Below are positions 43,256 to 53,006 of a stretch of 64,000 nucleotides of DNA, one piece after another (within the stretch, counting starts at the first letter, position 1; each line of letters opens with the position of its first letter). Source of the DNA: Pseudomonas aeruginosa PAO1. GTDB lineage: Bacteria; Pseudomonadota; Gammaproteobacteria; Pseudomonadales; Pseudomonadaceae. The notes under the pieces were generated by a model. It was not told where the DNA came from. It made no database searches and saw nothing but the letters and a program-made list of their open reading frames with translations. The DNA lies in the NCBI RefSeq assembly GCF_000006765.1, contig NC_002516.2. One strand, 5' to 3'. The translations under genes were made by a program, and so were the position numbers.

Positions 43256-45319
43256 TCAGAACGCCACCTTCACCCCCGCCTCGATGCCGCGTCCCGCCGC
43301 CGGCACCCGGTCGCGCAGGATCGAACTGGCGTAGCGCACGGTCTGGTTGGTCAGGTTGGTGCCCTTGACGAAGGCCAGCCAGCGGCTCTCGCCGAGGTCG
43401 AAGTTGTAGCCGAGGCTGGCGCCGAGGGTGGTGTAGCCGTCGGTGGAGAGTTCTTCCTCCGGCACGCGGTGCTGCGAGGCGGCGTGTTCGACGTCGACCC
43501 GCGCCTGCCACTGCTGCAACTCCCAGATCAGCGCGGTGTTCAGGCGCAGCGGGGCGATGCGTGGCAGCGGTTCGCCGGTGTCCTTGTTCTTGGCGCGGGT
43601 GTAGTCCCCGGAGAGTTCCAGGTCGAAGTTGCCGTACGGGCTTTCCAGCAGGTGGATGCGGTCCTGCGCCTCGACGCCGTAGAAGTCCGCGCGAACGCCG
43701 CTGTAGAGGTATTCCGGCAGCGCCTCGTCATCGCCGGCGGCGACCACTTCGCCTTCCTCGTTGCGATGGCGACCGCTGGCGAGCAGGCCGATGTAGTTGG
43801 AGAAGCGGCTGTAGAACACCCCGACGCTGCCCTTGTGCACGCCGTTGTCGAAGCGCAGGGCGAGGTCGGTGGAGACCGCCTTTTCCTTGTCCGCGTCGGC
43901 ATCGCCTACCTCGTAGGTACCGGTGGCGGCGTGCGGACCGTTGGCGTACAGCTCGTAGAAGGTCGGGGCGCGCTCGGTGTAGCTGAGGGTGGCGGCCAGC
44001 GACCAGATCGGCGTCAGCTTGTACACCGCGCCGGTGGACAGGCTGCCGGTGGTGAAGCTCTGCGAACCGTCGTTCTCGGCGAAGCGCTCGTTGCCCTTGG
44101 CGTCGGGGTCCACGCGGGTGTGCTCCAGGCGGGCGCCGAAGCTGAGGTCGAGGCGGTCGCTGAGCTTCCATTCCTCCAGGGCGAACAGCGCGGCGCTGTC
44201 GGTTTCCGTGTGCGGCACGAAGGCTTCCTCGCCGAGGGCGGAGAAGCGGCTGTTGGCGAACTGCGCGCCGACCACCCCGTTCAGCGGGCCGAGCGGGCGG
44301 TGGCGGGCCTCGATGCGGCCTTCGTAGCCTTCGTTCTTGAAGGTGGTGCCGGTCTCGCCGTCCTCGATTTCCTTGTGCTCGTACTTGGTATAGGCGGCGT
44401 CCAGCTTCAGCGAGGTGAACGGGCCTTCGAGGTCGCGGATCTCGGAGGCGAAGGCGTAGCGGTCCTGCTGCATCTTCAGGCGCACGTCGTCCTCGGCCGG
44501 CGAGCCATAGTTGCTGTCGTAGCCGCTGTAGGAGAGGCCGGCGTAACCGTGCTCCCAGTGATAGGAGCCACCGACGGCGCCGCCGTCCTGGCGGCCGTCG
44601 CTGTTCTGCACCCGATGCTTGCCGGTGTCGCCGTCGATCTGCCGCTGGCGGCTGGAATGGGCGTAGCCGGGAATCCTGACGTCGTTGAACTCGCGGCTGG
44701 CGGCGTCCACGTGCAGGGCGAAGTTGCCGTCGCCGGCCTCCAGTGCGCCGGAGCGGCTACGGGTGGTGTCGGCGCCGCCGTAGCGCAGTTCGCCGCTGCC
44801 GTGGATGCCGTCGACGGGTTCGCTGGGGATGCGGTTGTCGAAGCTGTTCACCACCCCGCCGATGGCATTGCCGCCGTAGAGCAGGGCGGCCGGGCCGCGT
44901 ACCACTTCCAGGCGCTCGACGCTGTTGGGGTCTTCCGGCACCGCGTGGTCGTAGGACAGCGACGAGGCGTCGAGCGCACCGACGCCGTTGCGCAGCAGGC
45001 GGATGCGATCACCGTCCATGCCGCGGATCACCGGTCGGCTGGCGCCCGGTCCGAAGTAGGTGGAGGACACCCCGGGCAGGCCGTTGAGGGTTTCGCCGAG
45101 GCTGCCTTTCTGTCGCAGGGTCAGCTCGTCGCCTTCGAGCACGCTGCTGGGCGTGGCGGGAGATTCGTTGCCCAGCGGGTTGGCGGTGATCACCTGGGAG
45201 GGCAATTCGCTGGGGCGGCCGTCGGCGCCGAGCGTTTCCCCCGAAACGATCAGGCAGGCCAGCGCCAGTGGCGTGAGAGGCCAGAGCGGACGGGAAGGGA
45301 AAAGGCCGGAAGAGGACAT
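43256..45319 (-). CDS. znuD: TonB-dependent zinc-uptake receptor (ZnuD-like, PA0781), 687 aa
   Basis: Signal peptide, plug motifs RPVIRG and EVVRGPAALLYG, C-terminal Phe, and upstream Zur-like box. Confidence 0.85.
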   Translation of the reverse strand: MSSSGLFPSRPLWPLTPLALACLIVSGETLGADGRPSELPSQVITANPLGNESPATPSSVLEGDELTLRQKGSLGETLNGLPGVSSTYFGPGASRPVIRGMDGDRIRLLRNGVGALDASSLSYDHAVPEDPNSVERLEVVRGPAALLYGGNAIGGVVNSFDNRIPSEPVDGIHGSGELRYGGADTTRSRSGALEAGDGNFALHVDAASREFNDVRIPGYAHSSRQRQIDGDTGKHRVQNSDGRQDGGAVGGSYHWEHGYAGLSYSGYDSNYGSPAEDDVRLKMQQDRYAFASEIRDLEGPFTSLKLDAAYTKYEHKEIEDGETGTTFKNEGYEGRIEARHRPLGPLNGVVGAQFANSRFSALGEEAFVPHTETDSAALFALEEWKLSDRLDLSFGARLEHTRVDPDAKGNERFAENDGSQSFTTGSLSTGAVYKLTPIWSLAATLSYTERAPTFYELYANGPHAATGTYEVGDADADKEKAVSTDLALRFDNGVHKGSVGVFYSRFSNYIGLLASGRHRNEEGEVVAAGDDEALPEYLYSGVRADFYGVEAQDRIHLLESPYGNFDLELSGDYTRAKNKDTGEPLPRIAPLRLNTALIWELQQWQARVDVEHAASQHRVPEEELSTDGYTTLGASLGYNFDLGESRWLAFVKGTNLTNQTVRYASSILRDRVPAAGRGIEAGVKVAF

Positions 45320-45417
45320 TGCGGGCTCCATGGTCATGGGTCGGACTTTTTTCAGGCCAAAGCGAACCCAGGCCCTTCCCGGAGGAAGGGCGACGGGGTC
45401 GGATCGGCGTATTTATT

Positions 45418-45440
45418 GGGATGTTATATTATTTCTTTTT
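45418..45440. promoter_or_regulatory. Zur-box-like site overlapping the znuD -10 region
   Basis: GGGATGTTATATTATTTCTTTTT matches about 16 of 22 defined positions of the gammaproteobacterial consensus GAAATGTTATANTATAACATTTC. Confidence 0.65.
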
Positions 45441-45545
45441 GTGTCGGTAGACCCGCGTAGCCACTCTGCATGGCGTCGTGCCGACGTGCAGCGGCAATGT
45501 CCGCATGCCTGCCGGCGAAGAGGAACGGGAAAGTTCCGCAGCCAG

Positions 45546-45607
45546 GAGTTTTCCGCAAAAACTCCAGAGTCTTTCGCAAGAATCGCCCCTCTCGCAGCCA
45601 CTACATT
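45546..45607 (+). promoter_or_regulatory. putA promoter with AraC-type tandem repeat (putative PruR site)
   Basis: GAGTTTTCCGCAA (45546) and GAGTCTTTCGCAA (45567) have a 21-bp period; candidate -10 TACATT at 45602. Confidence 0.55.
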
Positions 45608-45751
45608 CCGCTATCCGCTGGTGCCTCGCGCCGGCGGAATGGGCCTGACCCATACTGATCCGTATTCCCGCGCCACAGGATGTGCCGCGCCGCCGGCACA
45701 ACCCGCCGGCGGCGGTGCCCCGGGCAATGGACGCCTGGCCGGACTTCTTTC

Positions 45752-45759
45752 AATAACAA
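45752..45759 (+). promoter_or_regulatory. AAnAAnAA Hfq/Crc motif upstream of putA
   Basis: AATAACAA, 23 nt before the ATG. Confidence 0.5.
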
Positions 45760-45782
45760 TGGCTCCACAAGAGGAGGGCGTG

Positions 45783-48700
45783 ATGTTCAAAGCCAGTCAC
45801 GTCTTGCAGGGCGAGGACCAGACCCGGTCCGCAGCCGAATTCTTCCCTGTCATCAGCGCCAACTACGCGGTCGACGAGGAAGCCTACCTGGGCGAACTGC
45901 TGCAGCTCGCCGACCCCGGTCCCGACGGCATCGAGGCTATCCGCCGCAACGCCCGCGCACTGATCGAAACCGTGCGCAGCCGGGACAACGCCGTCGATAC
46001 CCTCGACGCACTCCTGCGCCAATACAGCCTGGACACCCAGGAAGGCCTGATGCTGATGTGTCTGGCCGAGGCGCTGTTGCGTGTGCCTGACGCGGCGACC
46101 GCCGACGCGCTGATCCGCGACAAGCTGTCCGCCGCCGACTGGCAGCGCCATCTCGGCCAGAGCGACAACGTTCTGGTCAATTTCGCCGCCTGGGGCCTGG
46201 TGATGACCGGCAAGGTGGTGAACATCGACGAACGCACCGACGGCCGCGCCCCGAGCGTCATCAGCCGGCTGGTGCAGCGCTCTGGCGAACCGGTGATCCG
46301 CGCCGCGATGAACCAGGCGATGAAGCTGATGGGCAAGCAGTTCGTGCTTGGCCGGACCATCTCCGAAGCGCTGAAGAACGGTCGTCCATGCCGCGAGCAG
46401 GGCTACACCTATTCCTTCGACATGCTCGGCGAGGCCGCGCTGACCGCCGCCGACGCCGAGAAATACATGGCCGACTACCGCCAGGCCATCGACACCGTCG
46501 GCGCCGAGCCGCAGGTCGGTCCGGGGCCGCGGCCGTCGATCTCGATCAAGCTCTCGGCGCTGCATCCGCGCTACGAAGTGGCGCAACGCGAGCGGGTGCT
46601 CAGCGAGCTGTTCGCCAATGTCCTGGAACTGGCGGTGCGCGCGCGCAAGCTGAACGTCGGCATCACCATCGACGCCGAGGAAGCCGATCGCCTGGAGCTG
46701 TCCCTCGAACTCTACGAGAAGCTGATGCGCGACCCGGCCATCGCCGGCTGGGGCGAGTTCGGCCTGGTCATCCAGGCCTACTCCAAGCGCTGCCTGCCGG
46801 TGCTGGTATGGCTGACCCTGCTCGGCCGCGAGCTTGGCGCACGCATCCCGCTGCGCCTGGTGAAGGGTGCCTACTGGGACAGCGAGATCAAGCAGTGCCA
46901 GGTGCAGGGCGCCGATGGCTACCCCGTCTACACCCGCAAGGAAGGCACCGACACTTCCTACCTGGCCTGCGCCCGCTACCTGCTCAGCGAGCACACCCGC
47001 GGGGTGATCTACCCGCAGTTCGCCAGCCACAACGCCCACACCGTGACCGCCATCCTCGCCCTGGCCGACGAAGCCAGGGCCGCCGGCGGCGAGGAGCGCG
47101 ACTTCGAGTTCCAGCGCCTGCACGGCATGGGCGACGCGCTGTACGACACGGTGATCGAAAAGTACCGCCGCAACGTGCGCATCTACGCCCCGGTCGGCGC
47201 GCACAAGGACCTGCTGCCGTACCTGGTCCGCCGCCTGCTGGAGAACGGCGCCAACTCTTCCTTCGTGCACAAGCTGGTGGACCCGCGCGTGCCGGTGGAG
47301 ACGCTGATCCAGCACCCGGTTACCCAACTGCGCCAGTTCAAGACGCTGGCCAACGACCGTATCCCTCTGCCCCAGGCGATCTTCGGCGCCGGGCGGAAAA
47401 ACTCCCAGGGCATCAACATGAACATCCAGAACCAGTGGAACGAGCTGGAGCTCGCCTACAAGCCGCACCTGACCCGCCAGTGGCAAGCCGCGCCGATCGT
47501 CAACGGCGAGAAGCTCTCCGGCCCGGCCCACGAAGTGCGTTGCCCGTACGACCTGGAGAGGCTGGTCGGCAGCGTCCAGTACGCGTCCGCCGAGCAGGCC
47601 GGCAAGGCCCTCGACGTGTTGCAGGCGGCCTGGCCGCGCTGGAGCGCCACCCCGGTGGACGAGCGTGCCGGCATCCTCGAGCGTCTCGCCGACCTGCTGG
47701 AAGCCCAGCGCGGCGAGCTGATGGCGCTGTGCACCCTGGAAGCCGGCAAGTCGTTGCAGGATGGTATCGACGAGATCCGCGAGGCGGTCGACTTCTGCCG
47801 CTACTACGCCCAGCAGGCCCGCCAGCGCCTGGTCCGCGAGGAACTGCGCGGCCCGACCGGCGAGCGCAACGAGCTGTTCTACGAAGGCCGCGGCATCTTC
47901 GCCTGCGTCAGCCCGTGGAACTTCCCGCTGGCGATCTTCCTCGGCCAGATCAGCGCCGCGCTGGTGGCCGGCAACACCGTGCTGGCCAAGCCGGCCGAGC
48001 AGACCAGCCTGATCGCCGCGCGCACCGTCGAACTGATGTTCGAAGCCGGCCTGCCGAAGGACGTTATCGCCCTGCTGCCGGGCGACGGCGCCACCCTCGG
48101 CGGCGTGTTCTGCCGTGACGCGCGGGTCGCCGGGGTGGCCTTCACCGGCTCCACCGACACCGCCCGCATCATCAACCGCCAACTGGCCGAGAAGCCCGGC
48201 GCCATCGCCACCCTGATCGCCGAGACCGGCGGGCAGAACGCGATGATCGTCGATTCCACCGCTTTGCCGGAACAGGTGATCAAGGATGCGGTACAATCCG
48301 CGTTCACCAGCGCCGGCCAGCGCTGCTCCGCGCTGCGCGTGATGTACGTGCAGCAGGACATCGCCGAGCGGGTGATCGAGTTGCTGAAGGGCGCCATGGC
48401 CGAGCTGAAGGTCGGCCCGACCGAGGTGCGCGTCAGCGACGTCGGCCCGGTGATCGACGCCGAGGCCAAGGCCGGCCTGGAGCAGCACATCGCCGCGCTG
48501 AAGGCCGCCGGCAAGCTGATCGCCGAGACCAAGGTGCCGGGCAACCTGAACGGTCACTTCGTCGCTCCCGTCGCGTTCGAGATCAGCGGCATCGACGAGC
48601 TGAAGAAAGAGAACTTCGGCCCGGTGCTGCACGTGGTGCGTTATGCCGCGCAGGACCTGGAAAAGGTCGTGCAGGCGATCAACGCCACCGGTTTCGGCCT

Positions 48701-48965
48701 GACCATGGGGGTCCATAGCCGCAACGAGGAAACCGCCCGTCGCATCGAAGAGCTGGCGCGGGTCGGCAACCTCTACATCAACCGCAACCAGATCGGCGCG
48801 GTGGTGGGCGTGCAACCGTTCGGCGGCCACGGCCTGTCCGGCACCGGTCCCAAGGCCGGCGGGCCGAACTACCTGCTGCGTTTCGTCAGCGAGCGCACCA
48901 CGTCGGTGAACACCACCGCGGTGGGCGGCAACGCGTCGCTGCTGTCGCTGGCCGACGCCGAGTGA
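45783..48965 (+). CDS. putA: Bifunctional proline dehydrogenase / P5C dehydrogenase PutA, 1060 aa (no N-terminal RHH repressor domain)
   Basis: SFDMLGEAA, RLVKGAYWD, RRLLENGANSSF, GQRCSALR, and PFGGHGLSGTGPKAGG. Confidence 0.98.
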   Translation: MFKASHVLQGEDQTRSAAEFFPVISANYAVDEEAYLGELLQLADPGPDGIEAIRRNARALIETVRSRDNAVDTLDALLRQYSLDTQEGLMLMCLAEALLRVPDAATADALIRDKLSAADWQRHLGQSDNVLVNFAAWGLVMTGKVVNIDERTDGRAPSVISRLVQRSGEPVIRAAMNQAMKLMGKQFVLGRTISEALKNGRPCREQGYTYSFDMLGEAALTAADAEKYMADYRQAIDTVGAEPQVGPGPRPSISIKLSALHPRYEVAQRERVLSELFANVLELAVRARKLNVGITIDAEEADRLELSLELYEKLMRDPAIAGWGEFGLVIQAYSKRCLPVLVWLTLLGRELGARIPLRLVKGAYWDSEIKQCQVQGADGYPVYTRKEGTDTSYLACARYLLSEHTRGVIYPQFASHNAHTVTAILALADEARAAGGEERDFEFQRLHGMGDALYDTVIEKYRRNVRIYAPVGAHKDLLPYLVRRLLENGANSSFVHKLVDPRVPVETLIQHPVTQLRQFKTLANDRIPLPQAIFGAGRKNSQGINMNIQNQWNELELAYKPHLTRQWQAAPIVNGEKLSGPAHEVRCPYDLERLVGSVQYASAEQAGKALDVLQAAWPRWSATPVDERAGILERLADLLEAQRGELMALCTLEAGKSLQDGIDEIREAVDFCRYYAQQARQRLVREELRGPTGERNELFYEGRGIFACVSPWNFPLAIFLGQISAALVAGNTVLAKPAEQTSLIAARTVELMFEAGLPKDVIALLPGDGATLGGVFCRDARVAGVAFTGSTDTARIINRQLAEKPGAIATLIAETGGQNAMIVDSTALPEQVIKDAVQSAFTSAGQRCSALRVMYVQQDIAERVIELLKGAMAELKVGPTEVRVSDVGPVIDAEAKAGLEQHIAALKAAGKLIAETKVPGNLNGHFVAPVAFEISGIDELKKENFGPVLHVVRYAAQDLEKVVQAINATGFGLTMGVHSRNEETARRIEELARVGNLYINRNQIGAVVGVQPFGGHGLSGTGPKAGGPNYLLRFVSERTTSVNTTAVGGNASLLSLADAE

Positions 48966-48974
48966 TACTCCGTT

Positions 48975-48996
48975 CCCGGGCGCCTTGGCGCCCGGG
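48975..48996 (+). terminator. GC-rich hairpin after putA (weak terminator or stability element)
   Basis: CCCGGGCGCC-TT-GGCGCCCGGG; poor U-tract. Confidence 0.45.
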
Positions 48997-49251
48997 TCGG
49001 TTTCCGGGGTTCGCCGCAGCGAACGCCGAGGGAAATGACCGCCGTTCCGGTGCGTGCCCGGAACGGACCATAAAGGACGATTTTCCCTGCCCGACAGGGG
49101 AGGGATCGTGAGGCGTGGGCCTGTTCGGACTCGTTTGAGGCCACCCACGTTTCCGGCTTGCTCCGGCAAGCGCTCACGGAGTGACGCCACAAGCGCCATT
49201 CTGCCAACCAAGGGCCCGCTACCCGTTGCTTGCACACGCAAGGGCCCGGAT

Positions 49252-49259
49252 AAAAACAA
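49252..49259 (+). promoter_or_regulatory. AAnAAnAA Hfq/Crc motif upstream of putP
   Basis: AAAAACAA, 17 nt before the ATG. Confidence 0.5.
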
Positions 49260-49276
49260 GCAATAGGGGAGTCCCT

Positions 49277-50797
49277 ATGAGTGTCAATACGCCCACGCTG
49301 ATCACCTTCGTGATCTACATCGCGGCCATGGTCCTGATCGGCCTGGCGGCATATCGCTCCACCAACAACTTCTCCGACTACATCCTCGGTGGCCGCAGCC
49401 TCGGCAGCTTCGTCACGGCGCTGTCCGCCGGCGCCTCCGATATGAGCGGCTGGCTGCTGATGGGCCTGCCCGGCGCGGTGTACCTGTCCGGCCTGTCCGA
49501 AAGCTGGATCGCCATCGGCCTGATCGTCGGCGCCTACCTCAACTGGCTGTTCGTCGCCGGCCGCCTGCGGGTGCAGACCGAGCACAACGGCAACGCGCTG
49601 ACCCTGCCCGACTACTTCACCAACCGCTTCGAGGACAACAGCCGCCTGCTGCGGATCTTCTCGGCCCTGGTGATCCTGGTGTTCTTCACCATCTACTGCG
49701 CTTCCGGCATCGTCGCCGGTGCGCGCCTGTTCGAGAGCACCTTCGGCCTCTCCTACGAGACCGCGCTGTGGGCCGGCGCCGCGGCGACCATCGCCTACAC
49801 CTTCATCGGTGGCTTCCTCGCGGTGAGCTGGACCGACACCGTGCAGGCCTCGCTGATGATCTTCGCGCTGATCCTCACCCCGGTGATCGTGATGCTCGCC
49901 ACCGGCGGCGTCGAGCCGACCTTCACCGCCATCGAGCTGAAGGACGCGACCAGCTTCGACATGCTCAAGGGCGCCTCCTTCATCGGCGTGATCTCGCTGA
50001 TGGCCTGGGGCCTGGGCTACTTCGGCCAGCCGCACATCCTGGCGCGCTTCATGGCCGCCGACTCGGTGAAATCGATCCCGGCCGCGCGCCGCATCTCCAT
50101 GACCTGGATGATCCTCTGCCTCGGTGGCGCCGTGGCCGTGGGCTTCTTCGGCATCGCCTACTTCCAGGCGCATCCGGAGCAGGCCGGCGCGGTCAGCGAG
50201 AACCCCGAGCGGGTATTCATCGAGCTGGCCAAGATCCTGTTCAACCCGTGGATCGCCGGCGTGTTGCTGTCCGCCATCCTCGCCGCGGTCATGAGCACCC
50301 TGAGCTGCCAGCTGCTGGTCTGCTCCTCGGCGCTCACCGAGGACTTCTACAAGGCCTTCCTGCGCAAGGGCGCCAGCCAGCTGGAACTGGTCTGGGTCGG
50401 TCGCGCCATGGTGCTGCTGGTGGCGGTGATCGCCATCTGGCTGGCCTCCAACCCGGAAAACCGCGTGCTCGGCCTGGTGTCCTATGCCTGGGCCGGCTTC
50501 GGCGCCGCCTTCGGCCCGCTGGTGCTGTTCTCCCTGCTGTGGAAGCGGATGACCCGCAACGGCGCGCTGGCCGGCATGATCGTCGGCGCGGCGACGGTGA
50601 TCCTGTGGAAGAACCTGTTGGGCTGGACCGGCCTGTACGAGATCATCCCCGGCTTCCTCTTCGCCAGCGTCGCCATCGTCGTCTTCAGCCTGCTCGGCAA
50701 GGCGCCTTCGACGAGCATGCTCAAGCGCTTCGACGATGCGGAGCAGGAGTACCGCGAGGCGCACCAGGGTTCCGCCGCTCCGGTAACCCAGCGCTGA
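49277..50797 (+). CDS. putP: Na+/proline symporter PutP, 506 aa
   Basis: SDYILGGRSLG, SAGASDMSGWLLMGLPG, and GYFGQPHILARFM. Confidence 0.98.
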   Translation: MSVNTPTLITFVIYIAAMVLIGLAAYRSTNNFSDYILGGRSLGSFVTALSAGASDMSGWLLMGLPGAVYLSGLSESWIAIGLIVGAYLNWLFVAGRLRVQTEHNGNALTLPDYFTNRFEDNSRLLRIFSALVILVFFTIYCASGIVAGARLFESTFGLSYETALWAGAAATIAYTFIGGFLAVSWTDTVQASLMIFALILTPVIVMLATGGVEPTFTAIELKDATSFDMLKGASFIGVISLMAWGLGYFGQPHILARFMAADSVKSIPAARRISMTWMILCLGGAVAVGFFGIAYFQAHPEQAGAVSENPERVFIELAKILFNPWIAGVLLSAILAAVMSTLSCQLLVCSSALTEDFYKAFLRKGASQLELVWVGRAMVLLVAVIAIWLASNPENRVLGLVSYAWAGFGAAFGPLVLFSLLWKRMTRNGALAGMIVGAATVILWKNLLGWTGLYEIIPGFLFASVAIVVFSLLGKAPSTSMLKRFDDAEQEYREAHQGSAAPVTQR

Positions 50798-50894
50798 TCG
50801 AGCCTGCGGGCGGGTAAAGCGCCCGCGCATGGAGACGGCCCGCCCCGCAAGGTGCGGGCCGTCGTTTTGTCCGGCGGCTGCTGCGCCTGGCCGC

Positions 50895-50924
50895 GCAGGA
50901 CGGATAACGGCAGCCGCGTTGTCC
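50895..50924. repeat. Degenerate REP element
   Basis: GCAGGACGGATAACGGC is 16/17 identical to 43196-43212; between convergent putP and LysR genes. Confidence 0.55.
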
Positions 50925-50941
50925 CTGTCCCGCCGCGCCGC

Positions 50942-51859
50942 TCAGGCGTCCCGCTCCAGCCGGCAAGCGTGCCCCGACTGTCGTGCCTCCAGCCTCAGCC
51001 ATTCGAAGAATGCCTTCACCGGCGGATGACGTTCCCGTCCGGGCACGCATAGCGCGCTGTAGCCGGCGCCGTCGACACTGATATCCGCTCTGTAGGGTCG
51101 CAGCAGGCCGCTGGCGACGCTTTCCGAAACCAGGATCGAACTGGCCAGCACCAGTCCCTGGCCGGCGATGGCCGCCTGCAGGGCGTAGTGCTCCTCGTCG
51201 TACTGGCGGATCACCGGCTGGCCCTCCATCCAGTCTTCGCCGGCCTGCGCGCACCAGGCCTCCCAGCCGTGGGCGTAGAGCCTGGAGTTGTGCCAGCGCA
51301 CGCTGATCAGGGTCGGCTGCCGTTCTGCGGCCAGGGCGACCTGGGCCGGCGAGCCGTAGACCGCGAAGCATTCGTCGAACAGGCAGAGACCGTAGAAGTT
51401 CGGATGGTCGTCGAGGCTGTAGCGGATCACCAGGTCGATGCTGGCGTCCTGGTGCAGGTCGAGGACTTCGCAGTTGGTGTCCAGGCGCAGGTTGATCTGC
51501 GGGTGCGCGGCGTAGAAGCGGCCGAGACGCGGCACCAGCCAGAGGGCGGCGAAGGCCGGGGTGGTGGAGACCGTCAGGTTGCCTACGCTGCGCTGCGGAC
51601 GCAGCGTGTCGACGCTCTGCGAAATTTCCAGCAGGGCCCCGTGCAGGCTGCGGAACAGCCGTTCGCCACAGTCGGTCAGGCGCGCTTTCCGTGGCAGGCG
51701 CTGGAACAGCGGAACGCCGAGCCAGGCTTCCAGCGAACGGATCTGGTGGGAAACCGCGGTTGGCGTTACCGCAAGCTCCTCGGCGGCGGCCTTGAAGCTC
51801 GACTGGCGGGCCGCCGATTCGAAGGTGCGCAACGCGGTCAGCGGCAGGGAAGCGAACAT
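50942..51859 (-). CDS. GcvA-like LysR regulator divergent from azoR1, 305 aa
   Basis: LPLTALRTFESAAR...AAEELAVTPTAVSHQIRSLE. Confidence 0.92.
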   Translation of the reverse strand: MFASLPLTALRTFESAARQSSFKAAAEELAVTPTAVSHQIRSLEAWLGVPLFQRLPRKARLTDCGERLFRSLHGALLEISQSVDTLRPQRSVGNLTVSTTPAFAALWLVPRLGRFYAAHPQINLRLDTNCEVLDLHQDASIDLVIRYSLDDHPNFYGLCLFDECFAVYGSPAQVALAAERQPTLISVRWHNSRLYAHGWEAWCAQAGEDWMEGQPVIRQYDEEHYALQAAIAGQGLVLASSILVSESVASGLLRPYRADISVDGAGYSALCVPGRERHPPVKAFFEWLRLEARQSGHACRLERDA

Positions 51860-51871
51860 TGGAATCTCCAT

Positions 51872-51907
51872 GGGTGAACTGAATTCACCCTGAACAACTA
51901 TTGCTCA
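51872..51907. promoter_or_regulatory. LysR recognition and activation boxes
   Basis: GGGTGAA-CTGAA-TTCACCC is a perfect 7-5-7 repeat (T51875-N11-A51887), directly followed by the imperfect TGAACAACTATTGCTCA. Confidence 0.65.
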
Positions 51908-51997
51908 TTTGTCGGGAACCCCCGCTGCCAATAATTTCTGGCTCCAGGAGAAGGGCCTTGAGGCCATTCGAGTCTAGCCGAATCCAAGGAGATACAG

Positions 51998-52636
51998 ATG
52001 AGTAGAATTCTTGCAGTGCATGCCAGTCCGCGAGGCGAGCGCTCGCAGTCCCGGCGTCTCGCCGAGGTTTTCCTGGCGGCCTATCGCGAAGCCCATCCGC
52101 AGGCCCGCGTGGCTCGCCGCGAAGTCGGCCGGGTACCGCTTCCGGCGGTCACCGAGGCCTTCGTCGCCGCCGCCTTCCATCCCCAGCCGGAACAGCGTTC
52201 GCTGGCGATGCAGGCCGACCTGGCGCTGAGCGACCAACTGGTCGGCGAACTGTTCGACAGCGACCTGCTGGTGATCTCCACGCCGATGTACAACTTCAGC
52301 GTGCCCAGCGGCCTGAAGGCCTGGATCGACCAGATCGTGCGCCTCGGGGTGACCTTCGATTTCGTCCTCGACAATGGCGTCGCCCAGTACCGGCCGCTGC
52401 TGCGTGGCAAGCGTGCGCTGATCGTCACCAGTCGCGGTGGCCATGGCTTCGGCCCGGGCGGCGAGAACCAGGCGATGAACCACGCCGATCCCTGGTTGCG
52501 CACCGCGCTGGGTTTCATCGGCATCGACGAGGTCACGGTGGTCGCGGCGGAAGGCGAGGAATCCGGCGGCAGGTCCTTCGAGGACTCCTGCGACGAGGCG
52601 GAACAGCGCCTGCTGGCGCTGGCGCGGTCGGCCTGA
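51998..52636 (+). CDS. azoR1: FMN-dependent NAD(P)H:quinone oxidoreductase / azoreductase 1
   Basis: [30 protein letters not shown], and SRGG motifs. Confidence 0.92.
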   Translation: MSRILAVHASPRGERSQSRRLAEVFLAAYREAHPQARVARREVGRVPLPAVTEAFVAAAFHPQPEQRSLAMQADLALSDQLVGELFDSDLLVISTPMYNFSVPSGLKAWIDQIVRLGVTFDFVLDNGVAQYRPLLRGKRALIVTSRGGHGFGPGGENQAMNHADPWLRTALGFIGIDEVTVVAAEGEESGGRSFEDSCDEAEQRLLALARSA

Positions 52637-52645
52637 GGAGCCGCC

Positions 52646-52951
52646 ATGGCCTGGTTCCATCTGCTGGTGGCGGCGGCCTTCGAGGTCGCCTTCGCCATGG
52701 GCATGAAGTTCTCCAACGGCTTCGGCAGACTCTGGCCGTCGTTGCTGACGGTGGTCGCGGCGATCGGCGGGATCTATTTCCTGACCCTGGCGCTGCGCGA
52801 GTTGCCGGTCAGCGTCGCCTATCCGATCTGGACCGCGATCGGCTCGCTGGGCACGGTGTTCCTCGGCGTCCTGCTGCTTGGCGAGAGCCTGACGGCGGTG
52901 AAGCTGGTTTCTGTCGGGTTGATCGTCGCCGGGGTGGCCGGGCTCAAGTAA
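52646..52951 (+). CDS. SMR-family small multidrug/cation exporter (SugE/Gdx-like), 101 aa
   Basis: Membrane-embedded Glu (AAFEV), LPVSVAYPIWTAIG, and four TMs. Confidence 0.9.
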   Translation: MAWFHLLVAAAFEVAFAMGMKFSNGFGRLWPSLLTVVAAIGGIYFLTLALRELPVSVAYPIWTAIGSLGTVFLGVLLLGESLTAVKLVSVGLIVAGVAGLK

Positions 52952-53006
52952 GCGATGCGGCATTTGGCCTACAATCGGCCGCGTTTCCGTTCCTTCGAGA
53001 GCAGCC

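Noticed and set aside
45060-45782. N-terminal extension of PutA (1301-aa ORF) as an RHH domain
   Set aside because: The extension overlaps znuD and promoter DNA and has no RHH pattern; a strong GAGGAG RBS precedes 45780/45783.
49209-49248. CAAGGGCCCG direct repeat (30-bp period) upstream of putP
   Set aside because: The repeat is short and GC-rich, with a spacing that fits no regulator family I can name; chance cannot be excluded.
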